A DNA stretch of 41,950 nucleotides from Chiloscyllium plagiosum (GCF_004010195.1 NC_057756.1:8279695-8321644), one strand, 5' to 3'; positions 23,698-36,562 are shown, counted from the first letter of the stretch. The notes: a model not told the origin generated them from the sequence alone. Translations and numbers: made by a program.

Positions 23698-26600
23698 TAA
23701 GAACATAAGAACCAGGATTGGGCGTAGGCTGTCCGGCCGTTCGAGCCTGCTCTGCCATTTAATAGGATCTTGGCTGATCTTCTCCTGGTCTCAGCTCTAC
23801 TTACCCACCCTCTCACCATAACCCTTAATTCCTTCACTGTTCCAAAAAAAGTGATGTATCTTAGCTTTAAAAACATTTACTGAATTAGCCTCAACCACTT
23901 CATTGAGCAGAGATTTCCACAGATTCCCAACCCTCTGGGTGAAGATATTCCCTCTCAATCTGCTCCCTCTAATCTTGATGCCATGCCCTCTTGTCCTAGT
24001 TTCACCTGCCACTGGACGCATCCTCTCTACTGGCACTATTCGTGTAGACAACGATGACACAAAGATCAAAGCCAAAGGCTAGACAATCCCCTCTCTGCCT
24101 TCCCAGAGTACCCTCTGATAAACCCCATCCAAACCCAGGGGGCTTATCTATTTTTACACTTTCCAGAATTGCTAACCCCTCCTCTGTGTGAACCTCAATC
24201 CTGTCTAGTCTAGTAGCCTGTATCTCAGTATTGTCCAAAACAATATTGTCTTTTTCCAGTGTGAATACTGACAAAAATATTCCTTTCGCACTTCCCCTAT
24301 TTCCTCGGACTCCGCACACAACTTCCCACTACTGTGCATGATTGGCCATAATCTTACTCTAGTCATTCTTTTATTCCTGATATACCTACAGAAAGGAGAA
24401 AGTGAGGGCTGCAGATGGTGGAGATCAGAGCTGAAAATGTGTTGCTGGAAAAGCGCAGCAGGTCAGGCAGCATCCAAGGAGCAGGAGAATCGACGTTTCG
24501 GGCATGAGCCCTTCTTCAGGAAGTGCCCGAAACGTCGATTCTCCTGCTCCTTGGATGCTGCCTGACCTGCTGCGCCATACCTACAGAAAGCTTTAGGGTT
24601 TTCCTTGATCCTATCTTCTCATGTCCCCTCCTGGCTCTTCTTAGCTTTCTCTTTAGGTCTTTCCTGGCTAACCTGTAACTCTCAAGTGCTCAAACTGAGC
24701 CTTCACGTCTCATCCTAACATAAGCCGCCTTCTTCCTCTTGACAAAAGAGTCAACTTCTTTAGTAAACCATGGCTCCCTCACTCGACCACTTCCTCCCTG
24801 CCTGACAGGTACATACTTATCAAGGACACGTAATAGTTGTTGCTTGAATCAGCTCCACATTTCTAATGTGCCCATTCCCTGCAATTTCCTTCCCCATCCT
24901 ATACATCCTAAATGTTGCCTAATTGCATCATAATTACCTTTCCCCAGCAATAACTCTCGCCCAGCGGTATATACCTAGCCCTTTCTATCACCAAAGTAAA
25001 CATAACCGAATTGTGGTCACTATCACTAAAGTGCTCACCTACCTCCAAATCTAACACCTGTCCGGGTTCATTACCCAATACCAAATCTAATGTGGCCTCG
25101 CCCCTTGTTGGCCTGTCTACACACTGTGTCAGGAAGCCCTCCTGCACACATTGGACAAAAACTGACCCATCTAAAGTACTCAAACTACAGTATTTCCAGT
25201 CAATATTTGGAAAGTTAAAGACCTCCATAACAATTACCCTGTTACTGTCGCTCCTGTGCAGAATTATCCTTACAATCTTTTCCTCTACATCTCTGGAACT
25301 ATTCAGAGGCCAAAAGGCTGACCTCTTCTTTCCTGTTTCTAACCTCAGCCCATTCTACCTCAGTAGACGAGTTCTTTCTGCCACCGTGATACTGTCCTTT
25401 ACTAACAATGCCACACAACCTCCCCCCCCGCCCCCTACTTTTACCATCTTCTCTGTTCTTACTGAAACATCGAAACCCCGAATCCTGTAAAAACAATTCC
25501 TGTCCATTGCTCTACTCCTGTCTCTCAAATAGTCCCAACATCGAAGTCCCAGGTACCAACCCATGCTGTAAGTTCACCCACCTTATTCCGAATGTTCCTG
25601 ATGTTGAAGCAGACACACTTCACACTTGCTGGTGAACTCTTGCGACCTTGAAACCTCATTTCTGACCTCACTACTCTCAACCTCCTGAACATTGGAGTTA
25701 CAATTCAGGTTCCCACCTCCCTGCTGAATTAGTTTAAACCCTCCTGAAGAGCATTAGCAAATTTCCCCCCCAGGATATTGGTACCCCTCTGATTCAGGTG
25801 AAAGACCATCTTGCTTGTAGAGGTCTCACCTACCTCAGAAAGAGCCCCAGTTATCCAGGAATCCAAAACCCTCCCTCCTGCACCATCTCTGTAACTACGT
25901 GTTCAACTCTTCTCTCTCCCTCTCCTTGCCTTGCTAGCACGTGGCACGGACAACAAACTAGAGATAACAACTCTGTTTGGTCTAGCTCTAAGCTTCCACC
26001 CTAGCTCCCTGAATTTCTGCCTGAAAACCCCATCTCTTTTCCTACCCATGTCATTGGTGCCGATGTGAACTACGACTTGGGGCTGCTCCCCCACCCCCTC
26101 AAGGATCATGAAATCACGATCAGAAACATCACGAACCCTGGCACCTGGGAGGCAACACACCAACTGTGAGTCTCTCTCATTCCTTCAGAACCTCCCATCT
26201 GTCCCCCTAACGATGGAGTCCCCAATGACTAAAGCGCTGTTCATCTCTCCCCTTCCCTTCTGAGCAACTGGGACAGAGTCTGTGCCAGAGACCTGTACCC
26301 TACGGCTTACAGCTGGTAAGTACCACCCCACAACATTATCCAAAGCAGTATACTTGTTATTGAGGAGAACGGCCACAGGGATCCCTGCCCTGCCTGCCGG
26401 TTCCTTTCCGTCCCCTGACGGTAACCCATCCACCTTCTTCATGTACCGGAGGTGTGACTATCTCCCTGTAATGCCTCTCAATGACCCCCTCCACCTCCTA
26501 AATGATCCCAAGATCACCCAGCTCCAGCTCCAGATCGCTAATTCAGTTTTCGAGAAGCTGGAGTTGTTTGCATTTCCCAGAGATCCAGTCAGCAGGGACA

Positions 26601-27000
26601 CGACTGGTGACCCTTACCTTCCACATTCTGCACGAGGAGCATTCAACTGACCTAACGTCCATTCCCACTATTCTAAATTCCCAAAAAAGCGTACTGAATA
26701 ATAAAGAATTTTTAAAAATTTACCTTACCAATCTGGCGCACATAACGTTTTTATTTGGTGAGAGGATGAGGATGGGTGGGAGATCTCAGTTAAATCAACC
26801 ACCCAAATATATGAGTTCACTAACCCAGCAGTCCAGTGCCTCCTCCTGCTCAGCGTGCACTCTGCCTATTCATGAGGTAAGTTTTTAAGTCAATGATTCA
26901 CCTCCCAGTCAGCCCCTGGTCGACTCTCCAGCTCCTCCTGCTGCTGAAACAAAAATGGAGGGCCCTGACACTCAAGGTAAGTTTTTAAATCACACCTTTC
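23698..27000 (-). mobile_element. Long CR1 LINE relic: ORF1 (SGNH esterase), ORF2 endonuclease region and 3' end; RT core missing
   Basis: ORF1 motifs VIGDSIVRG, CCLPGARVRDV, VVVHIGTND. Endonuclease motifs GGGCVALLVK, FNFPNIDW, PTRGEATLDLVLGN, SDHN. Jumps near 24030 to TRTRGH...; (TTCTTATG) tail at about 23700. Confidence 0.9.
24382..24590. mobile_element. Penelope-like family A hairpin with perfect 14-bp TSD, nested in CR1
   Basis: TSD atacctacagaaag at 24382-24395 and 24577-24590. Arms of about 51 bp at 24454-24504 and 24524-24575. Confidence 0.88.
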
Positions 27001-27045
27001 CTGGTGCGTGTGTTGGGAAAAGGTGTAAACCTTGCAACAGCAATG

Positions 27046-27202
27046 CATTCCCTCAGCACTGACCCTCCAACAGTGCCCACTCCCTCAGCACTGACCCTCC
27101 AACAGTGCGGAACTCCCTCAGCACTGACCCTCCGACAGTGCAGGGTTCCCTCAGCACTGACCCTCCGACAGTGTCCACTCCCTCAGCACTGACCCTCTGA
27201 CC
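27046..27202. repeat. ~32-bp minisatellite, same family as 8734-8960
   Basis: About 5 copies of tccctcagcactgaccctcc(a/g)acagtg. Confidence 0.85.
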
Positions 27203-27519
27203 TTTTGACCATCTGCTCACCATGAGTTGTGATCACTGTCAGTGGTCTGTCTGTTCACTGTGGAGCAGCCAGCGTTGAGAAGTGACCGATGGAAGCTTTC
27301 CAAGTAATTAAACCAGATTGACCAGGTTGGTCCATGTTAGTCTGTTATGGTGCAACTCAGCAGGAGAGATTTAAAATCATTGCGATATTCTCTTGTGAAA
27401 AGAGGGAGATTCTGCAATGTAACAATTAAACTGTAATTAGCCTGAGGCAGTGATGTCAAGAGAATGACACTGAATGAATAATGTATAACTTCCAGGCTAA
27501 TGTTCTATGGTCTTGTCTT

Positions 27520-27750
27520 TGTATCCTGCTCTGGTGGATGTTGTGATTTCAAATCCAGCCTTATGGTAATTCCTGTCCATTGTTGTAAAACCCCACCTGG
27601 TTCACTGATGTTCTTCAGGGGATGGAATCTGCCATCATTACCTTTGCTACAAGTGACTCCAGACCTACAGGAATGTCATTGATCTTTCCTGGCTCTCTCG
27701 ATAATTAGGGGTGGGCCAACAGGCAACACGTGGGCTGAATGGCCTCGACA
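27520..27750 (+). mobile_element. Degraded SINE remnant
   Basis: aaaaccccacctggttcactgatgttcttcagggga...gtgactccagacctacag...aattaggggtgggc resembles a common shark SINE body (recalled similarity). Confidence 0.5.
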
Positions 27751-30198
27751 AAGCTGGAATGATTCTGTGTTACTGCTGGTGGAAATGCCCCTTGTTTATG
27801 AAAACCCACCATGTAAAATAATGTCATTTTTATATTCACCTTGTAAAGGATGGTCTGCAGACTGCTCACCGGTGTCAGCAAGAATCGAACATTTAACAAT
27901 CCTTTCACAGCTGGATTGCTCACGCAAACATCTCCATGAAGTGTCAAATTTCACTAAAATTTATTTTAAAACTTCTCCCTCACTTTAATGCCCCGTCCAA
28001 GACTTCCTCTTCCTTGTATTTAAGGGAGTGCCGGAGATGATATCAATAGTGGCAATCAATTTCCATTCCATGTTCCTCTGCAAACAGACTGTCACCACAG
28101 GAAGATAGAACATAGGACATTACAGCCCAGAACAGGCCCTTTGGCCCTCGATGTTACGCTGACCTGAGGAACCAGTCTGAAACCTATCTATCTTACAGTG
28201 TTCCATTTCCATCCATATGTTTATCCAAAGACCATTAAAATGCCCTGCAAGTTGGAGAGTCCACTGCTGTTACAGGCAGTGCGTTCCACACCCGTAATAC
28301 TCTCTGGGTAAAGAAACTACCTCTGACATCTCCCCTATATCTATCACCCCTCAATTTAAAGCAATGTCCCTTCGTGCTAGCCATCACCATCCAAGTAAAA
28401 AGGCTCTCCCTGTCCACCCTATCTAACCCTCTGATTATCTATCACCATCCGAGGAAAAAGGCTCTCCCTGTCCACCCTATCTAACCCTCTGATTATCTTA
28501 TATGTCTCAATTAATCACCTCTCAACCTTCTTCTCTCTAACGAAAACAGATTCAAGCCCCTCAGCATTTCCTTATCAGACCTTCCCTCCATACCAGGCAA
28601 CATTCTTGTAAATCTCCTCTGAACCCTTTCCAAAGCCTCCACATCCTTCCTATAATGCGGTGACCAGAACTGTACACAATACTCCAAGTGCGGCCACACC
28701 AGAGTTTTGTACAGCTGCAACATGACCTCATGGCTCCAAAACTCAATCTCTCTACCAATAAAAGCTAACACACCGTATTCCTTCTTAACAACCCAATCAA
28801 CCTGGGTGGCAACTTTCAGGGATTTATATACATGGATACGGAAATCTCTCTGCTCATCCACACTACTCAGAATCTTACCATTTGCCCAGTAGTCTGCATT
28901 CCTGTTGCTCCTTTCAAAGTGAATCACCTCACACTTTTCCGCATTAACTCCACTTGCTACCTGTCAGCCCAGCTCTGCAGATTATCTATGTTACTCTGTA
29001 ACCTGCAACATCCTTCAGCACTATCCACAAATCCATCGACATTAGTGTCATCTGCAAATTTACTAATGCATCCTTCTACACCGCCATCCAGGTCATTTAT
29101 AAAGTTGATAAACAGCAGTGGCCCCAAAACTGATCCTTGCGGTACCCCACTAGTTCCTAAACTCCACGATGAATATTTCCCATCAAGCACCACCCTCTGT
29201 CTTCTTTCAGTTAGCCAATTTCTGATACAAACCGCTATACCACCCTCAATCCCATGCCTCCTTTTCTGCAATAGCCTACCATGGGAAACCTTGCCTTACT
29301 GAAATCCATATACACCACACCAACCGCTTTACCCTCATCCACCTGTTTGGTCACTTTCTCAAAGAACTCAAAAAAGTTTGCGTGGCACGTCCTACACTTC
29401 ACAAAACCGAGTTGACTATCCCTAATCAACTTATTCCTCCCCAGATGATTATAAATCCTATCTCTTACAACCCTTTCCAACACTTTACCCACAACCAAAG
29501 GCTCACAGGTCTATAAGTTCCAGGGTTGTCTCTACTCCCCTTCTTGAACAAGGGGACAACATTTGCTGACAATGACGACATAAGATCAAAGCCATTGGCT
29601 CTGCATTCTCCACCCTGGCTTCCCAGAGAACCCCAGGATAAATCCCATCCAGCCCCAGGGGACTTATCTATTTTTACACTTTCTAGAATTGCTAACACCT
29701 TCTCCTTGTGAACCCCAATTTCATCTAGTCTAGTAGCCTGTATCTTAGTATTCTCCTCAACCACATTGTCTTTTTCTAGTGTGAATACTGATGAAAGTAT
29801 TCATTTCGTGGTCCCCCTATCTCCTCTGACTCTATGCACAACTTCCCACTACTATGCTTGATTGGCACTAACCTTTCTCTTGTCATCCTTTTAGTCCAGA
29901 TATTCCTACATAACGCTTTCGGGAATTTCTCGATCCTATCTGCCAATGACTTCTCATGTCCCCTCCAGGTCCTGCTTAGCTCTCTATTTAGGTCTTTCTT
30001 GGCTAACTTGTAACTCTAAGTGCCCTAACTGAGCCATTACATCTCATCCGAACATAAGTCTTCTTCTTCTTCTTGACAAGAGGTTCAGCTTCTTTAGTAA
30101 ACCACGATTCCCTCACTCAAACACTTCCTCCCTGCCTGACAGGTACATACTTATCAAGGACATGTAGCAGCTGTTCCATGAATAAGCTCTACATTTCA

Positions 30199-32171
30199 AG
30201 TGTATCCACCCGCCAGTTTCCTTCCCCGTGCTAATTTGGAGATGCCGGTGTTGGACTGGGGTGTACAAAGTTAAACATCACACAACACCAGGTTATAGTC
30301 CAACCGGTTTAATTGGAAGCACTAGTTTTTGGAGCGCTGCTCCATCATCAGATGATAGTGGAGGACACAATTGTAAGGCACAGAATTTATAGCAAAAATT
30401 TACAGTGTGATGTAACTGAAATTATACATTTAAAAATACCTTGATTGTCTGATGAGTCTTTCATCTGTTCGAATGCCATTATAGTTTCACTTCTTTCATG
30501 TGTAAATCACAAAACCTTTTTTAAAAGTTGCATTCTCAGGTTAACTATAACAATTGGGGTTAGCTAGACAATATGTTGAAAGTGTTAGCCCCCTGTGTTC
30601 TCTGTCTATGCCATGATGTTTAGATTGATTCTAATCTAAAAAGTGAGATAACAGAGTCTTACATGAACACATGCAGTTTTTGAGTAAAGTACAATGTAAC
30701 TCTGCAAGTACAAATTCACCCCACAAACATATCTGTATATGTATGTATATGTGTGCATGTGGGTCTTTGTGTCAGTGTATATGTTTGTGTATGTGAGTGT
30801 AGAGTGTCTTAAGTCTGTGAGGGGGTGCATGTGTGAGTGTGGGAGTGTGTGCGTCTGTAGGAGTGTGTGTGAGTGTCTGTGTGACAGACACACACACATT
30901 CCCACACTCATACATGCATCCTCTCAGAGACTTAGACGACTCTACACTTACGCACACACATATACACTCTCTCACAGACACTCACAACCCCCCACTCCAC
31001 ACACACACACTCCTACAGACACACACTCCCACACTCACACATGCACCCCCTCACAGACTTAAGACACTCTACACTCACATACACAAACATATACACAGAC
31101 ACAAAGACCCACATGCACACATATACATACATATACATATATGTTTGTGGGGTGAATTTGTACTTGCAGAGTTACATTGTACTTTACTCAAAAACTGCAT
31201 GAATTCATGTAAGACTCTGTTATCTCACTTTTTAGATTAGAATCAATCTAAACATTATGGCACAGACAGAGAACACAGGGGGCTAACACTTTCAACATAT
31301 TGTCTAGCTAACCCCAATTGTTATAGTTAACCTGAGAATGCAACTTTTAAAAAAGGTTTTGTGATTTACACATGAAAGAAGTGAAACTATCATGGCATTC
31401 GAACAGATGAAAGACTCATCAGACAATCAAGGTATTTTTAAATGTATAATTTCAGTTACATCACACTGTAAAGTTTTGCTATAAATTCTGTGCCTTACAA
31501 TTGTGTCCTCCACTATCACCTGATGAAGGAGCGTCGCTCCAAAAACTAGTGCTTCCAATTAAACCTGTTGGACTATAACCTGGTGTTGTGTGATGTTTAA
31601 CTTTGTACACCCCAGTCCAACACCGGCATCTCCAAATTAGCACGGGGAAGGAAACTGGCGGGTGGATACACTACATTGTCCTTTGCTCAAAAACTGCATG
31701 AATTCATGTAAAACTCTGTTATCTCACTTTTTAGATTACAATCCATCTAAACATTATGGCACAGACAGAACACAGGGGGCTAACACTTTCAACATATTCT
31801 GGATTAGTGGTGCTGGAAGAGCACAGCAATTCAGGCAGCATCCGAGGAGCAGCAAAATCGACATTTCGGGCAAAAGCCCTTCACCAATTGTTACAGTTAA
31901 CCTGAGAATACAATTTTTAAAAAAAGGTTTTGTGATTTACACATGAAAGAAGTGAAACTATCATGGTATTCGAACAGATGAAAGACTCAACAGACAATCA
32001 AGGTATTTTTCAATGTATAATTTTAGTTACATCACACTGTAAACTTTTGCTATAAATTCTGTACCTTACAATTGTGTCCTCCACAACCACCTGATGAAGG
32101 AGCGGTGCTCCGAAAGCTAGTGCTCCCAATTAAACCGGTTGGAGTATAACGTGGTGTTGGGTGATTTTTAA
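30199..32171. mobile_element. Compound Penelope family B insertion: 1.47-kb palindrome (30199-31672) plus a third, chimeric pLTR copy (31673-32171)
   Basis: Arms pair with a constant coordinate sum of 61871 from 30199/31672 in to 30850/31021. The third copy repeats the right arm and contains a family A piece at about 31798-31884. Confidence 0.88.
32088..32122 (+). ncRNA. Minimal type-I hammerhead ribozyme motif (PLE family B)
   Basis: cac, CTGATGA (32091-97), extra A, GGAGC-ggt-GCTCC, GAA, palindromic AGCT, A, gtg. Stem I is the 3-bp cac/gtg pair. Confidence 0.68.
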
Positions 32172-32700
32172 CTTCCCATCCAATGCATCCTAAATCTTGC
32201 CTAATTGCATCATAATTACCTTTCCCCAAGCAATAACTCGTGCCCTGCATTATATACCGATACAATGCAGGGAAATCTGACTGAGCTGTAAAGTTGTGGA
32301 GGATGAGTTTCGACAATGAGTTGGAGGACAGTACAATCAGCCTTGAAGTGTTCAATCAGGTCAGTCTTTGAGAATATTTAAGGGAGGGATAGGCAGATAT
32401 CCGATTGTAAAAGGCATAAGGTACCCGAGGGATGGTTTTAGGGCATTGAAGTGTTCAATCAGCCATTGATCACATTGAATGACGGGATATTTTAGTGGGC
32501 TGAATGAACTGCTCCTGTTTGCATGATCCTAACAGTCACAGATTATCATAGCCTTGGAGAAAATAGGAACTCAAAAGTAAAACTGAGAAATCGTTTACAT
32601 AATAAGTCGCTCAGCAGCTCCTGTGAAGAGACACAGTTCATGTTTGAGGTTTTTCTATACAAACGACATCTTGAAATTACAGAGATAAAGAAAATAACAT

Positions 32701-34850
32701 TGATCCTCCCTCACTGATCCCAGTGCTGACCCTCACTGGGGATCCTCACTCACTGATCTCAGTGCTGATCCTCACTGGGGATCCTCACTCACTGATCCCA
32801 GTGCTGATCCTCATTGGGGATCCTCACTCACTGATCCCAGTGCTGATCTTCACTGGGGATCCTCACTCACTGATCCCAGTGCTGATCCTCACTGGGAACC
32901 CTCACTCACTGAGCCCAGTGCTGATCCACACTGGGATCCTCACTCACTGATCCCAGTGCTGATCCTCACTGGGGATCCTCACTCACTGATCCCAGTGCTG
33001 ATCCTCATTGGGGATCCTCACTCACTGATCCCAGTGCTGATCCTCACTGGGAACCCTCACTCACTGATTCCAGTGCTGATCCTCACTGGGGATCCTCACT
33101 CACTGATCCCAGTGCTGATCCTCATTGGGGATCCTCACTCACTGATCCCAGTGCTGATCCTCACTGGGGATCCTCACTCACTGATCACAGTGCTGATCCT
33201 CACTGGGAATCCTCATTCACTGATCCCAGTGCTGATCTTCAATGGTGATCCACACTCACTGATCCCAGTGCTGATCCTCACTGGGGATCCTCACTCACTG
33301 ATCACAGTGCTGATCCACACTGGGAACCCTCACTCACTGATCCCAGTGCTGATCCTCACTGGGGATCCTCACTCACTGATCCCAGTGCTGATCCACACTG
33401 GGAACCCTCACTCACTGATCCCAGTGCTGATCCACACTGGGAACCCTCACTCACTGTTCCCAGTGCTGATCCACACTGGGAATCCTCACTCACTGATCCC
33501 TGTGCTGATCCACACTGGGAACCCTCACTCACTGATCCCAGTGCTGATCCTCACTGGGAATCCTCACTCACCGATCCCAGTGCTGATCCACACTGGGAAC
33601 CCTCACTCACTGATCCCAGTGCTGATCCTCACTGGGGATCCTCACTCACTGATCCCAGTGCTGACCCTCACTGGGAACCCTCACTCACTGATCCCAGTGC
33701 TGATCCACACTGGGAACCCTCACTCACTGATCACAGTGCTTATCCTCACTGGGAATCCTCACTCACCGATCCCAGTGCTGACCCTCACTGGGAACCCTCA
33801 CTCACTGAGCCCAGTGCTGATCCTCACTGGGAATCCTCACTCACTGATCCCAGTGCTGATCCTCACTGGGAACCCTCACTCACTGATCCCAGTGCCGATC
33901 CTCACTGGGAATCCTCACTCACTGATCCCAGTGCTGATCCTCACTGGGAATCCTCACTCACTGATCCCAGTGCTCATCCACATTGGGGATCCTCACTCAC
34001 TGATCCCAGTGCTGATCTTCACTGGGGATCCCCACTCACTAATCCCAGTGCTACCCCTCACTGGGAACCCTCACTCACTGATCCCAGTGCTGATCCTCAC
34101 TGGGGATCCTCATTTGCTGAGCCCAGTGCTGATCCTCACTGGGGATCCTCACTCACTGATCCCAGTGCTGATCCTCACTGGGGAACCTCACTCACTGATC
34201 CCAGTGCTGATCTTCACTGGGAACCCTCACTCACTGATCCCAGTGCTGATCCTCACTGGGAATCCTCATTCACTGATCCCAGTGCTGATCCTCACTGGGA
34301 ACCCTCACTCACTGAGCCCAGTGCTGATCCTCACTGAGGATCCTCATTCACTGATCCCAGTGCTGATCCTCACTGGGAACCCTCACTCACTGATCCCAGT
34401 GCTGATCCTCACTGGGAACCTTCACTCACTGAGCCCAGTGCTGATCCTCACTGGGAACCCTCACTCACTGATCCCAGTGCTGATCCTCACTGGGAATCCT
34501 CACTCACTGATCCCAGTGCTGATCCTCACTGGGAACCCTCACTCACTGATCCCAGTGCTGATCCTCACTGGGTACCCTCACTCACTGATCCCAGTGCTGA
34601 TCCTCACTGGGAACCCTCACTCACTGATCCCAGTGCTGATCCTCACTGGGAATCCTCTCTCACTGAGCCCTGTGCTGATCCTCACTGGGGATCCTCACTC
34701 ACTGAGCCCAGTGCTGATCCTCATTGGGGATCCACACTCACTGATCCCAGAGCTGATCCTCACTGGGAACCCTCACTCACTGATCCCAGTGCTGATCCTC
34801 ACTGGGGATCCTCACTCACTGATCCCAGTGCTGATCCTCACTCACTGACC
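32701..34850. repeat. 39-bp tandem minisatellite, about 55 copies, with an internal hairpin
   Basis: Unit ctcactcactgatcccagtgctgatcctcactggg(g/a)a(t/c)c. It produces the 630-aa (LTGDPHSLIPVLI)n ORF. Confidence 0.97.
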
Positions 34851-34899
34851 CCTGTGAAAGAAGGTGATGTTGACCTGAAATTGAGAGACAGGCTATGCG

Positions 34900-35190
34900 A
34901 AACAAAGAACAAAGAACAAAGAAAGTTTACAGCCCAGGAACAGGCCCTTCGGCCCTCCAAACCTGAGCTGATCCAAATGTACTGTCTAAATATGTTAGTC
35001 AATTCTTAAGCATCTGTATCCCCCTGCTCCCCACCTACTCATGCATTTATCCTGACGCACCTTAAATGAATCTACCATGCCTGTCTCTACCACCTTTGCT
35101 GGCAACGGTTTCCAAACACCCACTACCCTCTGTGTGCAATACTTGCTGCGTGTATCCCCCTTAAACTCTCCACCTTTCTCCTTGAAAGCA
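34900..35190 (-). mobile_element. CR1 3' end
   Basis: FKGDTRSKYCTQRVVGVWKPLP and a (TTCTTTG)n tail. Confidence 0.82.
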
Positions 35191-35479
35191 TTAAGCCACA
35201 AACATATCTGATACCTATTTTCCTCTTTGCAGCAATGAAACTGCATTCACAATGAAACCAGAACTTCTTGCTATGTCTGCTTCAGCCCACATGCATAATG
35301 AGTGCGTGACAGCCTCCAGCCGCAGAGCCCTGAGGAGAAGGGGTTCGAATCACTGATCTGCACAAGGAGCATTAACGGTCAAAGCAAGATGAAGTTCCTC
35401 TCTAGCATTCTCAACCTTTGTGCTCTAGTTACTGGAGGTGAGACTTTTATTCAATAGTTCACGTTCTGGCTGATCACTT

Positions 35480-35705
35480 CAGTGAAAATAAATGCATGGA
35501 TTATTCTCATAACAATGCAGTTGATGATGCCAACAGTATGGGTTCAATTCCTCCACTGTCTGATGTTACCAGGAAGGATGTTCCTCCATCTCTCCTCTCT
35601 CCTCAGGCATGGCGACCCTCAGGTTCAACCCCCTGCCTGTCTTCTTTCTCTCTCTCTCTCTAATGAGAGAGCAGCCCTTACCCTCTTAGGATGACGATAA
35701 TTTTC
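35480..35705 (+). mobile_element. Probable tRNA-derived SINE remnant in intron 1
   Basis: B box GGTTCAATTCC at about 35541 and an internal ctctctctc-taat-gagagag hairpin. Confidence 0.5.
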
Positions 35706-36083
35706 TTCTCTTCTCTCATCTGTGGAGTGTGTGAAAGTAATATCCTTTATACCATCATAAGTGTGTGAGTTTTCTAGCTCGTTCTTTGAAGAGGATGAGA
35801 TACCCAACCTTGGCTGACCTTGAGAAGTGAGTATTCATATGAACCTGTGGCAGCCTGTGTAGTGTGGGTGCACCCGCAGTGCTGTAGGGAAAACGAATCC
35901 AGGATTCTGACCCAGCGAAGGAATGGCGATATATTTCCAGGTCAGGATGGTGAGTGGCTTGGTGAAGGAACATACTGGTATCCCCTTGTATCTGCTGCTC
36001 TAGTCCTTTCAAGGTGATAAAGGTCCTGAGTTTGGAAGGTGCTGAGTAAAGAGCCTTGGTAAGTTGCTGCAGTGTATCATGTG

Positions 36084-36562
36084 GAGAAAGTGAGGTCTGC
36101 AGATGCTGGAGATCAGAGCTGGAAATGTGTTGCTGGAAAAGCGCAGCAGGTCAGGCAGCATCCAAGGAGCAGGAGAATCGACGTTTCGGGCATAAGCCCT
36201 TCTTCAGGAATGAGGAAAGTTTGTCCAGCAGGCTAAGATAAAAGATAGGGAGGAGGGACTTGGGGGAGGGGCGTCGGAAATGTGATAGGTGGAAAGAGGT
36301 CAAGGTGAGGGTGATAGGTCAGACTCTGAGGCAGGCTGGGGGGAGGGGAAATGAGGAAACTGGTGAAATCCGAGTTCATCCCTTGTGGTTGGAGGGTTCC
36401 TAGCCGGAAGATGAGGCGTTCTTCCTCCAACCGTCGTTTTGTTGTGGTCTGACGATGGAGGAGTCCAAGGACCTGCATATCCTTGGTGGAGTGGGAGGGG
36501 GAATTGAAATGTTGAGCTACAGGGTGGTTGGGTTGGTTGGTCCGGGTGTCCCAGAGGTGTTC
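36084..36562 (-). mobile_element. Penelope-like family A 3' end (endonuclease C-terminus plus pLTR; hammerhead core at 36180-36207 on the minus strand)
   Basis: ORF 36233-36478 QVLGLLHRQTTTKRRLEEERLIFRLGTLQPQGMNSDF is typical of the PLE GIY-YIG C-terminus. Confidence 0.88.

Larger units (their letters stand above)
28106..32258 (-). mobile_element. CR1 LINE ORF2 (28106-30227, resuming at 32172-32258), split by a compound Penelope insertion
   Basis: [27 protein letters not shown] and YMDFSKA. Internal ~58-bp tandem duplication at 28383-28499. Sequence after 32172 is collinear with the CR1 copy at 24890-24975. Confidence 0.9.

Noticed and set aside
32956..34848. 630-aa ORF, or a CRISPR-like palindromic repeat array
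   Set aside because: It is a pure 39-bp tandem repeat with no unique spacers and no cas genes, in a vertebrate context. The ORF follows from a stop-free period divisible by 3.
35233..35258. Two caatgaaac motifs upstream of Ly6 exon 1 as interferon-response elements
   Set aside because: They are only half-sites, not a canonical GAAANNGAAA ISRE, and too short to support.
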